64,000 nucleotides of DNA from an uncultured candidate division Zixibacteria bacterium (GTDB lineage: Bacteria; Zixibacteria; MSB-5A5; GN15; PGXB01), in the NCBI GenBank assembly GCA_963702205.1, contig OY969724.1, positions 384,001 through 448,000 of the forward strand, in the 5' to 3' direction. This document shows, one piece after another, positions 17,788-28,911 of this stretch; positions within the stretch are counted from its first letter, which is position 1, and the number at the start of each line of letters is the position of its first letter. The notes beneath the pieces are model-generated. The model saw only the letters and a list, made by a program, of their open reading frames with translations, was not told where the DNA came from and ran no database searches. The position numbers and the translations under genes are program-made.

Positions 17788-20531
17788 AAAAGCACAGCGA
17801 CATATCCGGCTTCAGTATGATTGAACTGCTGGCGGTCATAGTGATCATAGGCATCGTCGCCGGTTCGGTCCTGCAGTATATGGGAACCGCCATCAGCGAT
17901 TCGCGCGAGTCCAAAACCGAGCGCGAGATGGAAATGCTATCCAATGCCATCGTCGGTGATCCTTCGACCACCCAGGCCGGGGTCCGGTCGGATTTCGGCT
18001 ACGTCGGCGACGTCGGCGCCTTCCCGCCCAACCTCCAGGCCCTGTTTCAGAATCCGGGACTGGGTACCTGGGACGGGCCGTACATTCCGTCGGGCTTCCT
18101 GAAGGACAGTGTCGGGTTCAAGTACGACGAATGGAACAAAGCTTATAATTATTCCGGCGGGATTACCATCACCAGTACCGGCGGCGGCGGGACTATCACG
18201 AAAAAGATCGCCGACGCGGCCGATGACTACCTGATCAATACATTTAATGGAGAAATCAAAGACAAGTCCGACAACCCGCCGGGAAGCGTCTTCGCCGATT
18301 CGGTCGACGTTATAGTGACTTTTCCCAACGGGTCCGGCGGGTACAGGTACTCGATCCTGCCATCCCGATACGACCGGCGGGTTCGCGCTCGATTCGCTTC
18401 CCGTGGGACAACACCCGCTGTACATAATTTTCATGCCGCAAAACGATACGCTCAACCGCGAACTAACTATCCTTCCCCGCAATAAAGGGAGCAAGATGTA
18501 TCGCTTCGCCGAAGACTATTTTTCCGACACGACGGCTATCAACACCGCCGATTATATCGTCCTGACCACGTCCGACAACGGAAGCCTCGGCGGACTGTTC
18601 TTCCGCAACGAAGATATGGTCGTGTACGACGTGACGGCGGATACGTCATCGATGTATTTCGACGGCAGTACCGTATTTTCCAACGACGAAAACGTCGACG
18701 CCATACACATTATCGATAACGGCAATATTATACTCTCGACAGAAGGTTCCGCCACCATAGGCGGACAATCATTCGATAGTGATGATCTTATGCAGTATAA
18801 TCCGGCCACCGGCAGCGCCACCCGGTACCTCCAAGGCGATACCGTCTTCGCCGACAACGAGAATATCGATGCCGTCTGCATTCTGGAGAACGGACATATT
18901 ATTCTGTCCACCACCGGTTCGGCCAGGATCGGCGGCTTGAACTTCGACGATGATGATCTGGTTGATTTTAATCCGTCGACCGGGACGGCCTCCATGTATT
19001 TCAACGGCAGCTCTCACTTTTCGAACAACGCCGACATCGACGCCGTGCACGTCCTCGAAAACGGTGACATTCTTCTTTCGGCCGACGCCAACGACGAAAC
19101 CATCGCGGGGCTTAATTTCGACGACGAAGACATAATCGAATACAACCCGGTCAGCGGCACGGCTTCCATGTATTTCGACGGTGACGGGCCGTTCGGAACC
19201 GGCAACCAAAATATCAACGGCATCAGCTTTGTCGGAACCACGACCGAGACCCCGTCGCTGGTCGGACACTGGATGCTCGATGAAACCTCGGGTCTCATAG
19301 CTCACGATTCCTCAGGCGGCGGTCACGACGGGACCCTGACCAATATGTCGGTCTCCGACTGGACTACCGGCGCTTTGAACGGCGCTCTCGATTTCGACGG
19401 TGTCAACGACTACGTCAACATCGGTAACCAGCTTTCGCACGTCAACGCGCTGACGGTCGCGGTCTGGGTGTACCCGACCGATATAGCCGTCGACCAGCAA
19501 ATCGTCTCCAAAGGCTTCGACGGCACCAGAACTCAGTGGGAGCTGAAAACGACCAGCTCCGACGGCAAAGTGAGTTTCCGGCACTGGCAGCCCGGCGAAG
19601 TGGGGGTACAGTCGATACAAACGCTGCCGGAATCGACGTGGACGCACGTGGCCGGTACGTACGACGGCACGACCTGGAAGATATATTTCAACGGCGTTCT
19701 CGATAACGAAAACGTCGCCGGACCGATTGTGGAAACCTCGCGCAACCTCCTGATCGGTGCGGTCGATATCAACGGTACACCGGGACAGTTCTGGGATGGC
19801 AAGCTCGACGACGTCCGGCTGTACAACTATGCTCTCGATTCGGCCGAAATAGCGGCACTGGCTTTGATGGGTACGTCGGCCGGTATGGTCGGATACTGGA
19901 AACTGGACGAATCCTCTGGTTCGACCGCCCATGATTCATCACCCATCGGCAATAACGGCACTCTGACCAACATGAACCCCGGAAACGACTGGGTCACGGG
20001 CAAAATCGACGGTGGTCTCGACTTCGACGGTGACAACGACCGGGTGATTATCGCCGACAGTGACACTCTCGATAATACTCAGTACCTGACCGTTTCGGTT
20101 TGGGTTTATCCGACCACGCTCGACGGCAACCCGCGCTGCCCGGTTTCGAAAAGATTTGATCCGTCCACGCAGGTACCTGGTACAGCCTCTTCTTCTATAC
20201 CGGCAACCGCCTCTTTGTGGACATCGCCGGGAACAATGACCGGTTCAGTTCCAACCGGGTCTTTACACCCAATCAGTGGTACCATCTGGCCGTAGTCTTC
20301 GACGGAACCCAGACCTCGGCCTCGCGGGTTCGGGTATATGTCGATGGTGCTCTCGACAAAACCGCCACCGAATCCAGTACGACGATACCCAACACGTCAT
20401 CGCAGTTGGTGATCGGCCTGTTAAGCGGCAACAACAGCGGGTATTTCCGGGGAATAATCGACGACGTTCGGATATACCGCAAGGCCCTCTCGGATTCACA
20501 GATTCAGGCTTTGTTCAATATGGGGAATTAG
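17781..20531 (+). CDS. Prepilin-like protein 2 with four 57-aa propeller-like repeats and two LamG domains (about 916 aa once two frameshifts are corrected)
   Basis: G|FSMIELLAVIVIIGIVAG. Homology to the paralogs continues across a +1 shift near 18340 (FPNGSGG/TGTRSCHPDTTGGFALDSLPVGQH), and a LamG domain continues across a -1 shift near 20165 (KRFDPS/GTWYSLFFY...FRGIIDDVRIYRKALS). Joins ORFs 17781-18485, 18403-20295 and 20217-20531. Confidence 0.8.
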
Positions 20532-21837
20532 ATGTATCGAGCCGTCAGGAAAAATAAAGCTGTATCGCCGGGTTTCACGCTCGTGGAATTGGTGGTCGTA
20601 ATTGTCATCATGGGCATACTCGCGGCGGTAGCGGCCAAATATGTCGGTCCGGCGCTGGAAGCGGGAAAAATCGAAGACGCCAAAAATGAAATGGACGTGC
20701 TGGCTTTGGCCGTCGCCGGAAACCCCGACCTGGAGAACAACGGGACCCGCAGCAGTTTCGGGTACATCGGCGATAACGGCGCTCTGCCGTCGAACCTCGA
20801 TGCCCTCGTAACCGACCCCGGACTGGGCACGTGGAAAGGACCGTATCTGAATAATTCCTTCAGCCAGGATCCCAGCGATTTTAAGACCGATCCCTGGCGC
20901 AGCACATATTCTCTCAGCGGGGTTAACATTACGTCGAGCGGTTCGGGATCGAACATAGTGCGGTCAATCGCCGGTTCGAGCGCCGAGCTTCTCTTGAACA
21001 GCGTGACCGGCAACGTTTACGACGTCGACGGCACTCCCCCCGGTCCGGATTACAGCGATTCACTCTCGGTCCTGCTGACTATCCCCGACGGCACCGGAGC
21101 ACTGTTGACAAAAACCCATACGCCCGACGCCGGAGGCTATTTCGCATTTGATTCGATTCCTGTCGGACGCCACGACATCGAGATCGTCTACGCCGGTGCC
21201 GATGACACTCTCACCAGATTTGTCACAGTGACGCCGAACAGTACCCGCTTATGCCGAGTACCGTTTGACATCCAATTACTGGCGGGCCGGAACCAGCGGA
21301 GCTTTCCTGTTCTGGGCCGATTTCGATACCGACGAAGACGGTTTTTCATACAACGACGACGTCTTTCGCTCTACCAGCGAACCGTACTACGCCGACGGTT
21401 CCCGCATTTCATCGGGAGGGTACTCCGGCGGGGCGCTTCAGGTCGATCTGGGCGGAATCAACAATAACGATATTTACGACATGTCGGGTGGCTGGAGCCG
21501 GGACTTCGCACTGTCTGATGCCGCCAGTATTCGGCTTTCATTCCGGTACAGGTTATCCCAGACCAATCAGTACGAATCCGATGAGTACAGCCAGGCTTTG
21601 GTCAGTATAGACGGTACACTATACGGAACGCCGCCCGATGATTACGTGGCGCAGGTCGTGGGCAACGGCTCCGGCGGCAGTGCCCCCGACACCGACTGGC
21701 AATTGTTCCAGGTCGATCTCGGGACGCTCTCCGCCGGGACACATACGATAGTAGTCGGAGGATACAACAACAAGAAAACACAAGTCAATGAGTCGACCCA
21801 GGTTTTAATTGACGAAGTGTCTTTATCGGAAATATGA
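20532..21837 (+). CDS. Prepilin-like protein 3 with C-terminal jelly-roll/CBM-like domain (about 434 aa once one frameshift is corrected)
   Basis: G|FTLVELVVVIVIMGILAAVA. A +1 shift at ACCCGC near 21245 restores ...PNST/AYAEYRLTSNYW, matching the paralog ends, and continues into ORF 21265-21837. Confidence 0.8.
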
Positions 21838-22586
21838 GCATGAGAATATTGAAGAATATGATTCGCAGTACGCGCGGCTTCACTCTGGTCGAGACGGTAA
21901 TAATCATCGTCGTCCTCGGGATACTGGCCGCGGTGGCGACGGTGAAATTCAACGACGTCACCGATAACGCCCGTTTCAAATCCACGCTGACCGAAATGGA
22001 TGCCGTCGCCAAAGCCATCGTCGGCAATCCCGACGCCTACAGCCGGGGCACCCGGTCAGATTTCGGATATGTCGGGGACATCGGTGCCTTACCCCCCAAC
22101 CTGGACGCCCTTTATTCCAACCCCGGAGGTTTCAGCACGTGGCACGGACCTTATATCAAAGGCGCCGTCAATCCCTCGGACTATAAGTACGACGCCTGGA
22201 ATACGGCTTACGGTCTCCTCGGCACCACTCTGCGCTCCACTGGTTCGGGGTCGAATATCGATAAAATCTTTGCCTCCAACGCCGCCTCTCTGACCGGCAA
22301 TTCCGTCACGGGTTATATTATGGACGCCGGTATGATCGCGCCCGGTGACGATTACAAAGACTCGGTTACGATCCGGCTGGCCTACCCCAATGGCGCGGGC
22401 AGCATAACGACCGCATCGGTCAATCCCGACAAGTCGGGACGCTTTTCATTTTCAGGACTTCCCATCGGCAACCATGCTCTCGAAGCTATATATATGCCCG
22501 AATCTGATACGGTTAAAATGCAGGTTTGCGTTTTGCCGTCGTCTTCGGATAAAATCGAAATCATTTTCCCCGCCGACCTCTGGTAG
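21834..22586 (+). CDS. Prepilin-like protein 4
   Basis: G|FTLVETVIIIVVLGILAAVA; RSDFGYVGDIGALPPNLDALYSNPG..TWHGPYI...DAW; ends ADLW; ATGA overlap with the upstream gene. Confidence 0.88.
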   Translation: MSMRILKNMIRSTRGFTLVETVIIIVVLGILAAVATVKFNDVTDNARFKSTLTEMDAVAKAIVGNPDAYSRGTRSDFGYVGDIGALPPNLDALYSNPGGFSTWHGPYIKGAVNPSDYKYDAWNTAYGLLGTTLRSTGSGSNIDKIFASNAASLTGNSVTGYIMDAGMIAPGDDYKDSVTIRLAYPNGAGSITTASVNPDKSGRFSFSGLPIGNHALEAIYMPESDTVKMQVCVLPSSSDKIEIIFPADLW

Positions 22587-22682
22587 ACCATCCAAGCGAA
22601 AAGACTCTAAAATAAATTCCTTGCCTTATCTCCTTTTTGGCGCCAATTTCTCTGTATATATTTCTTCCGAAAGGGGTTTTGA

Positions 22683-23582
22683 ATGGGCATTAACTCGTCC
22701 TTGTCGGATATATGGGCGGCGCTGAATGTAATATTCAAGTATAAGCTTTTTGAGATCAATCAAACGCCGGTTACTATTTCGTCCATATTGATGTTTGTCA
22801 TCGTCTTCTTGATCTTCATCCTCGTTTCACGCATCCTGAACAAGGTAATCCTCAAGGGGCTTCTAACCAAGCTTGAGGTCGAACCCAGCCATCGCTATAC
22901 GATCATTCGCATCGGCCATTATATCGTCATGATAATCGGCGCTATTGTCGCGTTCCAGTTTATTGGTATTAATTTGGGCGGACTGGCGGTAATTTTCGGT
23001 CTCCTCTCGGTCGGGATCGGCTTCGGTTTACAGAATGTAACGTCGAACTTCATTGCCGGGCTGATTTTACTTTTCGAACGGCCGATAAAGATCGGCGACC
23101 GGGTGACAGTCGGCGATACCGAGGGCGACGTCATTGCTATCAACATGCGCTCCACGGCCATTCTGACTTTGAACAACATTACCATCATCGTCCCCAATTC
23201 GCAGTTCATTTCCGAGAGAGTAACCAACTGGTCGCACGGTGACCCCAAAATAAGACTTGAAATCGAAGTCGGAGTGTCTTACAACAGCGACCTCGATCTG
23301 GTTTTGCAATCCCTGCGAGACGTCGCCGATGCCGACCCCGAAGTCATGAAAAACCCGGAACCGAATGTATTATTGAAATCGTTCGGGGATTCGTCGTGGA
23401 ATATGGTCCTCCGGGCCTGGATAAGAAGCCCGGAACGCCATTATCAGGTCCGCTCGCAAATTAACTGCGCCATCGTCCGAAAATTCCGTGAAGTCAATAT
23501 CGAAATACCGTATCCTCAGAGAGATTTGCACGTGCGTTCCCCCTTGCCGGTACCGTTCAGTAAAGGAGAAAATGAGCGATGA
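22683..23582 (+). CDS. mscS: Small-conductance mechanosensitive channel
   Basis: GLLSVGIGFGLQNVTSNFIAGLILLFERPIKIGD, IIVPNS, NWS, IEIPYPQRDLH. Confidence 0.92.
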   Translation: MGINSSLSDIWAALNVIFKYKLFEINQTPVTISSILMFVIVFLIFILVSRILNKVILKGLLTKLEVEPSHRYTIIRIGHYIVMIIGAIVAFQFIGINLGGLAVIFGLLSVGIGFGLQNVTSNFIAGLILLFERPIKIGDRVTVGDTEGDVIAINMRSTAILTLNNITIIVPNSQFISERVTNWSHGDPKIRLEIEVGVSYNSDLDLVLQSLRDVADADPEVMKNPEPNVLLKSFGDSSWNMVLRAWIRSPERHYQVRSQINCAIVRKFREVNIEIPYPQRDLHVRSPLPVPFSKGENER

Positions 23583-23830
23583 ACAATGACAATCGAATTC
23601 CGCCGGTCGAGCCAGCAAAGGCATCATCCGGCGCGGCTGTAAAGCGGGCCCTGATAGTCATACTGGCCGTGTTGGTTCTCATCCTGCTGATTCAAAATAT
23701 TCACGTGGTTACGGTCAAGTTCCTGTTCTGGCGGATTTCAATGTCCCTGGCGCTGCTTTTTCCGTTGATGCTGTTAATCGGCCTCATTATGGGTATGCTG
23801 ATTCAATTTCTCGTTGCCCGTAAAAAGTGA
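23579..23830 (+). CDS. LapA (DUF1049) family small membrane protein
   Basis: Two TM segments around LIQN...VTVKFLFW...SLALL. Confidence 0.75.
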   Translation: MNNDNRIPPVEPAKASSGAAVKRALIVILAVLVLILLIQNIHVVTVKFLFWRISMSLALLFPLMLLIGLIMGMLIQFLVARKK

Positions 23831-23928
23831 CGATAAAATCGAGTCTCTCGGCCGTATCATTTTGGAATTCTTCGGAAACCGAACATTATAAATAGATCTA
23901 TCAATACACTGAACAGGAGGATGTGCTG

Positions 23929-24534
23929 ATGAAAACCCTGTTGGTTTTGGGATTACTTCTGGTCACGCTGGCCGCTGGAGCAGTCGCGCAGGATGACCCC
24001 GCCGCCGATCAGGCCGCTTTGATGGAAACATACATGAAACTCGCTCAGCCCGGCCCCGAGCACGAAATGCTCTCCAAAATGGCCGGTAAATGGAATCTCA
24101 CCGTCACCATCTGGCCCGCCCCCGGCGCCGATTCGATGGTTTTCAGCGGGACCGGAGAAAATGAAATGATTCTGGGAGGAAGATTTCTGCAGATGACATC
24201 GGTCAGCGGCGAGGGTGAGATGGAAACCCACACACTGCACATAATTGGCTTCGACCGGAGGTACAATGAATACAACCTGGCCGGATTCGATGACCACGGG
24301 ACCTATTTCGTAACCGCCAAAGGTTCGCAGGATGAAAAAACCGGTAAAATAGTCATGTCGGGCGAAGACGCCGATCCGATTTTTGGGTTCACACAGGTAT
24401 ATGATTGTGTGTTAACAATCGACGGAAGCGACAAGATGACAATGGAGTGGATTTTTAAAAATCCCGAACTGACCGGCGGTGCCGATCAATTTAAAATGGT
24501 CGAGGTTCAGTACATGCCCCAAATAAATCATTGA
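23929..24534 (+). CDS. DUF1579 family secreted protein
   Basis: AGGAGG RBS; signal peptide; AQPGPEHEML..MAGKW, MILGGRFL and IGFD motifs. Confidence 0.8.
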   Translation: MKTLLVLGLLLVTLAAGAVAQDDPAADQAALMETYMKLAQPGPEHEMLSKMAGKWNLTVTIWPAPGADSMVFSGTGENEMILGGRFLQMTSVSGEGEMETHTLHIIGFDRRYNEYNLAGFDDHGTYFVTAKGSQDEKTGKIVMSGEDADPIFGFTQVYDCVLTIDGSDKMTMEWIFKNPELTGGADQFKMVEVQYMPQINH

Positions 24535-24541
24535 AATATAT

Positions 24542-24570
24542 AAAACAGCCCCGCTATTGCGGGGCTTTTT
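24542..24570. terminator. Bidirectional intrinsic terminator between convergent genes
   Basis: AAAAC-AGCCCCGC-tatt-GCGGGGCT-TTTT. Confidence 0.8.
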
Positions 24571-24585
24571 AATTTTTCGTAAAAT

Positions 24586-26412
24586 CTATTCCACCGTGAC
24601 GCTCTTGGCGAGGTTGCGGGGCTGATCGATATCACAGCCGCGCAGGACAGCAATATGATAGGCCAGAAGCTGGAGCGGGATCGCCGCCAATAGCGGCGTA
24701 AACAGCCGGAAGGTCTTGGGTATATAAATCACGTGATGCACTTTCTCGGCGATTTCATCGTCACCCTCATTGGCAATGGCAATCACTTGCCCGTTGCGCG
24801 CCTTGACCTCTTCGATATTGGAAAGAACTTTATCGTATACCGGGTCTTTCAGGGCAATAACCACGACCGGCATATTTTTATCGATCAGCGCGATCGGACC
24901 GTGTTTCATCTCGGCCGCCGGATAGCCCTCGGCGTGGATGTACGATATTTCCTTGAGTTTCAGCGCGCCTTCCAGAGCCGTCGGGAAATTCACCCCGCGC
25001 CCCAGATAGAGAAAATTATTATGCTTGTAGTACAGATCGGCGATTTCTTTGATTTTGTCCTCGGTCTGCAAAATATGCTCGACCTTCTCGGGAATATCTT
25101 TCAGGTTCTCCAAAAGTTCCATGCCGTTGAGGATGGTCAAATGCCTCATGCGACCCATAAGGACGGCTATCTGCGCCAGGACCATGACCTGTGACGTAAA
25201 CGCTTTGGTCGACGCCACCCCGATTTCCGGGCCGGCGTGGATATATACCCCGCCGTTGGTTTCGCGGGCGATGGATGATCCGACCACGTTACAGATGCCC
25301 AGGACGGTCGCGCCGGTTTTGCTGGCTTCGCGCATGGCGGCCAGGGTATCGGCCGTTTCTCCCGACTGACTGATAACGATAATGGCCGTGTTTTTTCCGA
25401 TAATCGGCGAACGGTACCGAAACTCCGAGGCATACTCAACTTCGACCGGCACCCGTGCCAGATCCTCGATCAAATATTCTCCGATCAGGGCCGAATGCCA
25501 CGACGTCCCGCAGGCGGTGATAATGATCCGGTCGATCTGCCGCAGTTCGTCGTACTGGAGATTCAAACCGTTGAGCCTCGGGATACCCTCCTCGAAATTG
25601 AGACGCCCACGAATGGCGTTGCGCAGGGTGGTCGGCTGTTCGTGAATCTCCTTGTGCATGAAATGGTCGTGACCGCCCTTGGCGATCATATCCAGGTTCC
25701 AGGAAATTTCCTCGACTTTCGGGGTTTTGACAATTTTATCGATGGTGGTAATCTCGTACGTATCCGCGGTCACGGTAGCGATTTCACCTTCTTCGAGATA
25801 AACCGCTTTGTTCGTATGTGCCAGTATGGCCGAAACGTCGGAGGCTACGAAATTTTCGCCCTCCCCGAGCCCGATCACCAGCGGTGAACCGCGGCGGGCG
25901 GCGATAATCCGATCGCTCGCCAGCGATGATATGACGGCTATACCGTATGTTCCCTCGACCAGGTTCAAAGCTGTCCGAACCGCTTCGGTGATATCGTTTT
26001 CATAGTACTCTTCGATCAGGTGCACCAGAACTTCGGTATCGGTTTCGGTATGGAAATTGTGCCCTTTTTCCTTGAGGAACGCCCGGAGCGCGCGGTAATT
26101 TTCGATAATACCGTTATGGACCATGGCGATCTGGTCCTTACTGTCGAAATGAGGATGAGCGTTCACTACGGTCGGTTCCCCGTGCGTGGCCCACCGGGTA
26201 TGGGCAATGCCCCGGCTGGAATCGTACTCGCGCCCGCGAATCTGTTCTTCCAAAACCGCGATTTTTCCGGCGCATTTTTCCGCAATCAAACGATTGCCTT
26301 CGGCCAGTACGAACCCGGCCGAATCATACCCCCGATACTCCAGCCTCTTAAGCCCTTCGATCAGAATCGGCAGGGCTTTTTTGGAACCGATATACCCGAC
26401 AATCCCGCACAT
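24586..26412 (-). CDS. glmS: Glutamine--fructose-6-phosphate aminotransferase
   Basis: MCGIVGY, RLEYRGYDSAG, HTRWATHG, SQSGETADT, PRNLAKSVTVE. Confidence 0.99.
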   Translation of the reverse strand: MCGIVGYIGSKKALPILIEGLKRLEYRGYDSAGFVLAEGNRLIAEKCAGKIAVLEEQIRGREYDSSRGIAHTRWATHGEPTVVNAHPHFDSKDQIAMVHNGIIENYRALRAFLKEKGHNFHTETDTEVLVHLIEEYYENDITEAVRTALNLVEGTYGIAVISSLASDRIIAARRGSPLVIGLGEGENFVASDVSAILAHTNKAVYLEEGEIATVTADTYEITTIDKIVKTPKVEEISWNLDMIAKGGHDHFMHKEIHEQPTTLRNAIRGRLNFEEGIPRLNGLNLQYDELRQIDRIIITACGTSWHSALIGEYLIEDLARVPVEVEYASEFRYRSPIIGKNTAIIVISQSGETADTLAAMREASKTGATVLGICNVVGSSIARETNGGVYIHAGPEIGVASTKAFTSQVMVLAQIAVLMGRMRHLTILNGMELLENLKDIPEKVEHILQTEDKIKEIADLYYKHNNFLYLGRGVNFPTALEGALKLKEISYIHAEGYPAAEMKHGPIALIDKNMPVVVIALKDPVYDKVLSNIEEVKARNGQVIAIANEGDDEIAEKVHHVIYIPKTFRLFTPLLAAIPLQLLAYHIAVLRGCDIDQPRNLAKSVTVE

Positions 26413-26423
26413 ATTGCCTGTCC

Positions 26424-27779
26424 TTATTTGAAGAAGCTCATCACTTCGGAGGCGATTACTTTCGACAGGTTCCGGTCGTCGGTTTCGACTATCACCCGGA
26501 AGATCGGTTCGGTGTTGGACGTTCTCACCTGAAACCAGCCCCTCGAAAAATCGCAGCGAACCCCGTCGCGATGATCGTATTTTAGCTTGTCAAAACTACC
26601 TTTGGCCGCCTTTTCCATTGCGGCCAGCCTTTGATTGAATTTATCGGGAAGAGCCGCTTTCTGCTTTATAGTATAATATCTCGGCAAAGTTTCAACCGTT
26701 TCCGCCAGGCTCTTTTTGTCGCGAGCCAGAAGAGCGCAAACCAGGGCCGCTCCGACCAGCGAATCGCGTCCGGCATGGCAGGCCGGATAAATCACACCGC
26801 CGTTGCCTTCACCGCCGATGACCGCCCGCAGCCGCCTGATCCCGGCCACGACATTGGCCTCGCCGACCGGCGTGTAAAAGACCCGTCCGCCCAGTTCTTC
26901 GGCAGCATCCTGTGTCACGCGCGACGTCGACAGGTTTATGACGACCTTGCCCTTTTTGCGGGACATGATATATCTCACGGCCAGCGCCAGGGTCAACTCC
27001 TCGCCGATGGGACGGCCTTTTTCGTCGACCAGCGCCAGACGGTCGGCATCGGGATCGCAGGCCATACCCAGGTCGGCTTTGTGCTTGCGTACCGCCCGGC
27101 CGAGAGCCGCAAGATTTTTTGGGACCGGTTCGGGTTCGTGGATGAACTTGCCATCACCGTTGCAATTTATTCTTATAACCTTGACGCCGAGAGCTTCGAG
27201 CATCATCGGAAGCGCCGTCGATCCGGCGCCGTTGATGGCGTCGACCACTATTTTGAATCTGGCCTGTTTAATCTTGGGCACGTCGATGACCGGCAATTTG
27301 AGTATTTTGGAAATGTGTCGGCCAACCCAGGTGTCATCGCTTTTAACCTGGCCGATATTTTTAAAATCTTTAAACGCGAATTTTCCCGACGCGACAATTT
27401 TTTTCAGACGGTCCAGAAAATTCTTGTCGATGAATTCACCCTTGCCGTTGAAAAACTTAAGGGCGTTCCACTGGGCCGGATTGTGCGACGCGGTAATACA
27501 AATTCCTCCGACTGCTCTGAGTCCGGTTACCGCGATTTCGACCGTTGGAGTCGGGACTATTCCGAGATCGATTACATCCAGCCCGCACGAAACCAGCCCC
27601 GAGATCACCGAGCGGCCGATCATTTCCCCGGTGATACGGCTGTCGCGACCGACGACCACTCTTCCCTTTTTAAGCAGGGTGGCAAAACCGGAAGCGTACC
27701 TTACCGCCAGAACCGGATCGAGCCCCCCGCCGACAATACCCCGTACTCCCGATGTTGAAACGATTAACGCTTTTTCCAA
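26424..27779 (-). CDS. glmM: Phosphoglucosamine mutase / phosphohexomutase
   Basis: GRDSR, ITASHNP, DPDADR, GGEGNGG, RTSNTEP; lies directly upstream of glmS. Confidence 0.85.
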   Translation of the reverse strand: MEKALIVSTSGVRGIVGGGLDPVLAVRYASGFATLLKKGRVVVGRDSRITGEMIGRSVISGLVSCGLDVIDLGIVPTPTVEIAVTGLRAVGGICITASHNPAQWNALKFFNGKGEFIDKNFLDRLKKIVASGKFAFKDFKNIGQVKSDDTWVGRHISKILKLPVIDVPKIKQARFKIVVDAINGAGSTALPMMLEALGVKVIRINCNGDGKFIHEPEPVPKNLAALGRAVRKHKADLGMACDPDADRLALVDEKGRPIGEELTLALAVRYIMSRKKGKVVINLSTSRVTQDAAEELGGRVFYTPVGEANVVAGIRRLRAVIGGEGNGGVIYPACHAGRDSLVGAALVCALLARDKKSLAETVETLPRYYTIKQKAALPDKFNQRLAAMEKAAKGSFDKLKYDHRDGVRCDFSRGWFQVRTSNTEPIFRVIVETDDRNLSKVIASEVMSFFK

Positions 27780-27940
27780 ATCAATCCTTCCTGAGGAGCA
27801 TTTTATCTATCTGATAGGATTATAATATATTTATCGCTGCCTGCAAAACGCCAAATACGGTTCTTTTGTTTCAACGACTTTATTGACAAAAGCGACAAAT
27901 TCCCCTAATTATCGTATATTTTTACCGGCTTGAGGAATAT

Positions 27941-28741
27941 ATGCCGAATTTCAATTATCGCGGTTATGACATGGCCTGGGATTCGTACGGCGACGGCGGC
28001 AACACCCTGCTGTTCGTCCACGGTCTGGGAAGCCACGGTAAACAGTGGCTGTACCAGATAAATCATTTTAAAAAATCCAACCGCGTGATTACTGTCGACC
28101 TCTTCGGTCACGGCCGGAGCGCCAAAGACGTCGACCCGATTTTCGCGCCTCGCACCGATGCCGAAGCCATCATGGCCCTGATTGGTCAGGAAATCGGTGA
28201 AGCGGTCTGGGTTATCGGTCACAGCTTCGCCAGTGCCATCCTGCCGGAAATGATCAAGCTGGACCGAACTTTGCTCAGGGGAGTCGTTTTCGTCGATTGC
28301 ACCTACCAGGGCCTTGATCATATCATCCTCACCCGCGAAAATTTCGCCCGGCATATGCTGGAATACGACGACCAGATGCTGGCTATCAGGACCGACAAAT
28401 GGTTCGACGACCTAATCGGACCGACCGACAAGAGCACCGTCAATTTCATCAAATCACCAATTAAATTCTGCAATATCCGCTGGTTGTTTGAATCATCGGC
28501 GGGGTGCCGACGGTACAACCTGCTCCATCCGCCCGACAAGACGCCCGTCTACCCCGACCTGCCGATTTTCGTAATCGAGGCCGATCACGGCGTCGGCAAC
28601 GATATCCATAAATCATGGGTCAATCATTTCCGGCAATCCCGATATTATTTGTTTGATAACTCCTGGCATTTCTTTTTCGTAACGAAGCACGCCCAATTCA
28701 ACCAGCTTATCGAAGATTTTATTTCCGTCAACAGCGAATAA
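27941..28741 (+). CDS. Alpha/beta hydrolase
   Basis: LFVHGLG, VDLFGHGRS, nucleophile elbow GHSFA, C-terminal His (SWHFF). Confidence 0.85.
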   Translation: MPNFNYRGYDMAWDSYGDGGNTLLFVHGLGSHGKQWLYQINHFKKSNRVITVDLFGHGRSAKDVDPIFAPRTDAEAIMALIGQEIGEAVWVIGHSFASAILPEMIKLDRTLLRGVVFVDCTYQGLDHIILTRENFARHMLEYDDQMLAIRTDKWFDDLIGPTDKSTVNFIKSPIKFCNIRWLFESSAGCRRYNLLHPPDKTPVYPDLPIFVIEADHGVGNDIHKSWVNHFRQSRYYLFDNSWHFFFVTKHAQFNQLIEDFISVNSE

Positions 28742-28911
28742 AGCTCTTATTCCATATTCTCATATTTTCTGATCCTCTTTGCACATCTGAAAAGTTTTGC
28801 ATCCTATTTTGTATTTTGATATCATCATAAGACATTGAACTCCAACAACATAATTGGCTCTCGATCACTTCCAAATAGCGGCATATGGTTTGAGGGATAT
28901 CCTATTGGGAA

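Noticed and set aside
18335..21260. Programmed frameshifting or phase variation in the pilin genes
   Set aside because: No long homopolymer or slippery heptamer at the sites, and a similar indel in fabF favours sequencing error. Not fully excluded without reads.
26413..26423. glmS ribozyme upstream of glmS
   Set aside because: Only 11 bp separate glmM and glmS, leaving no room for the RNA.
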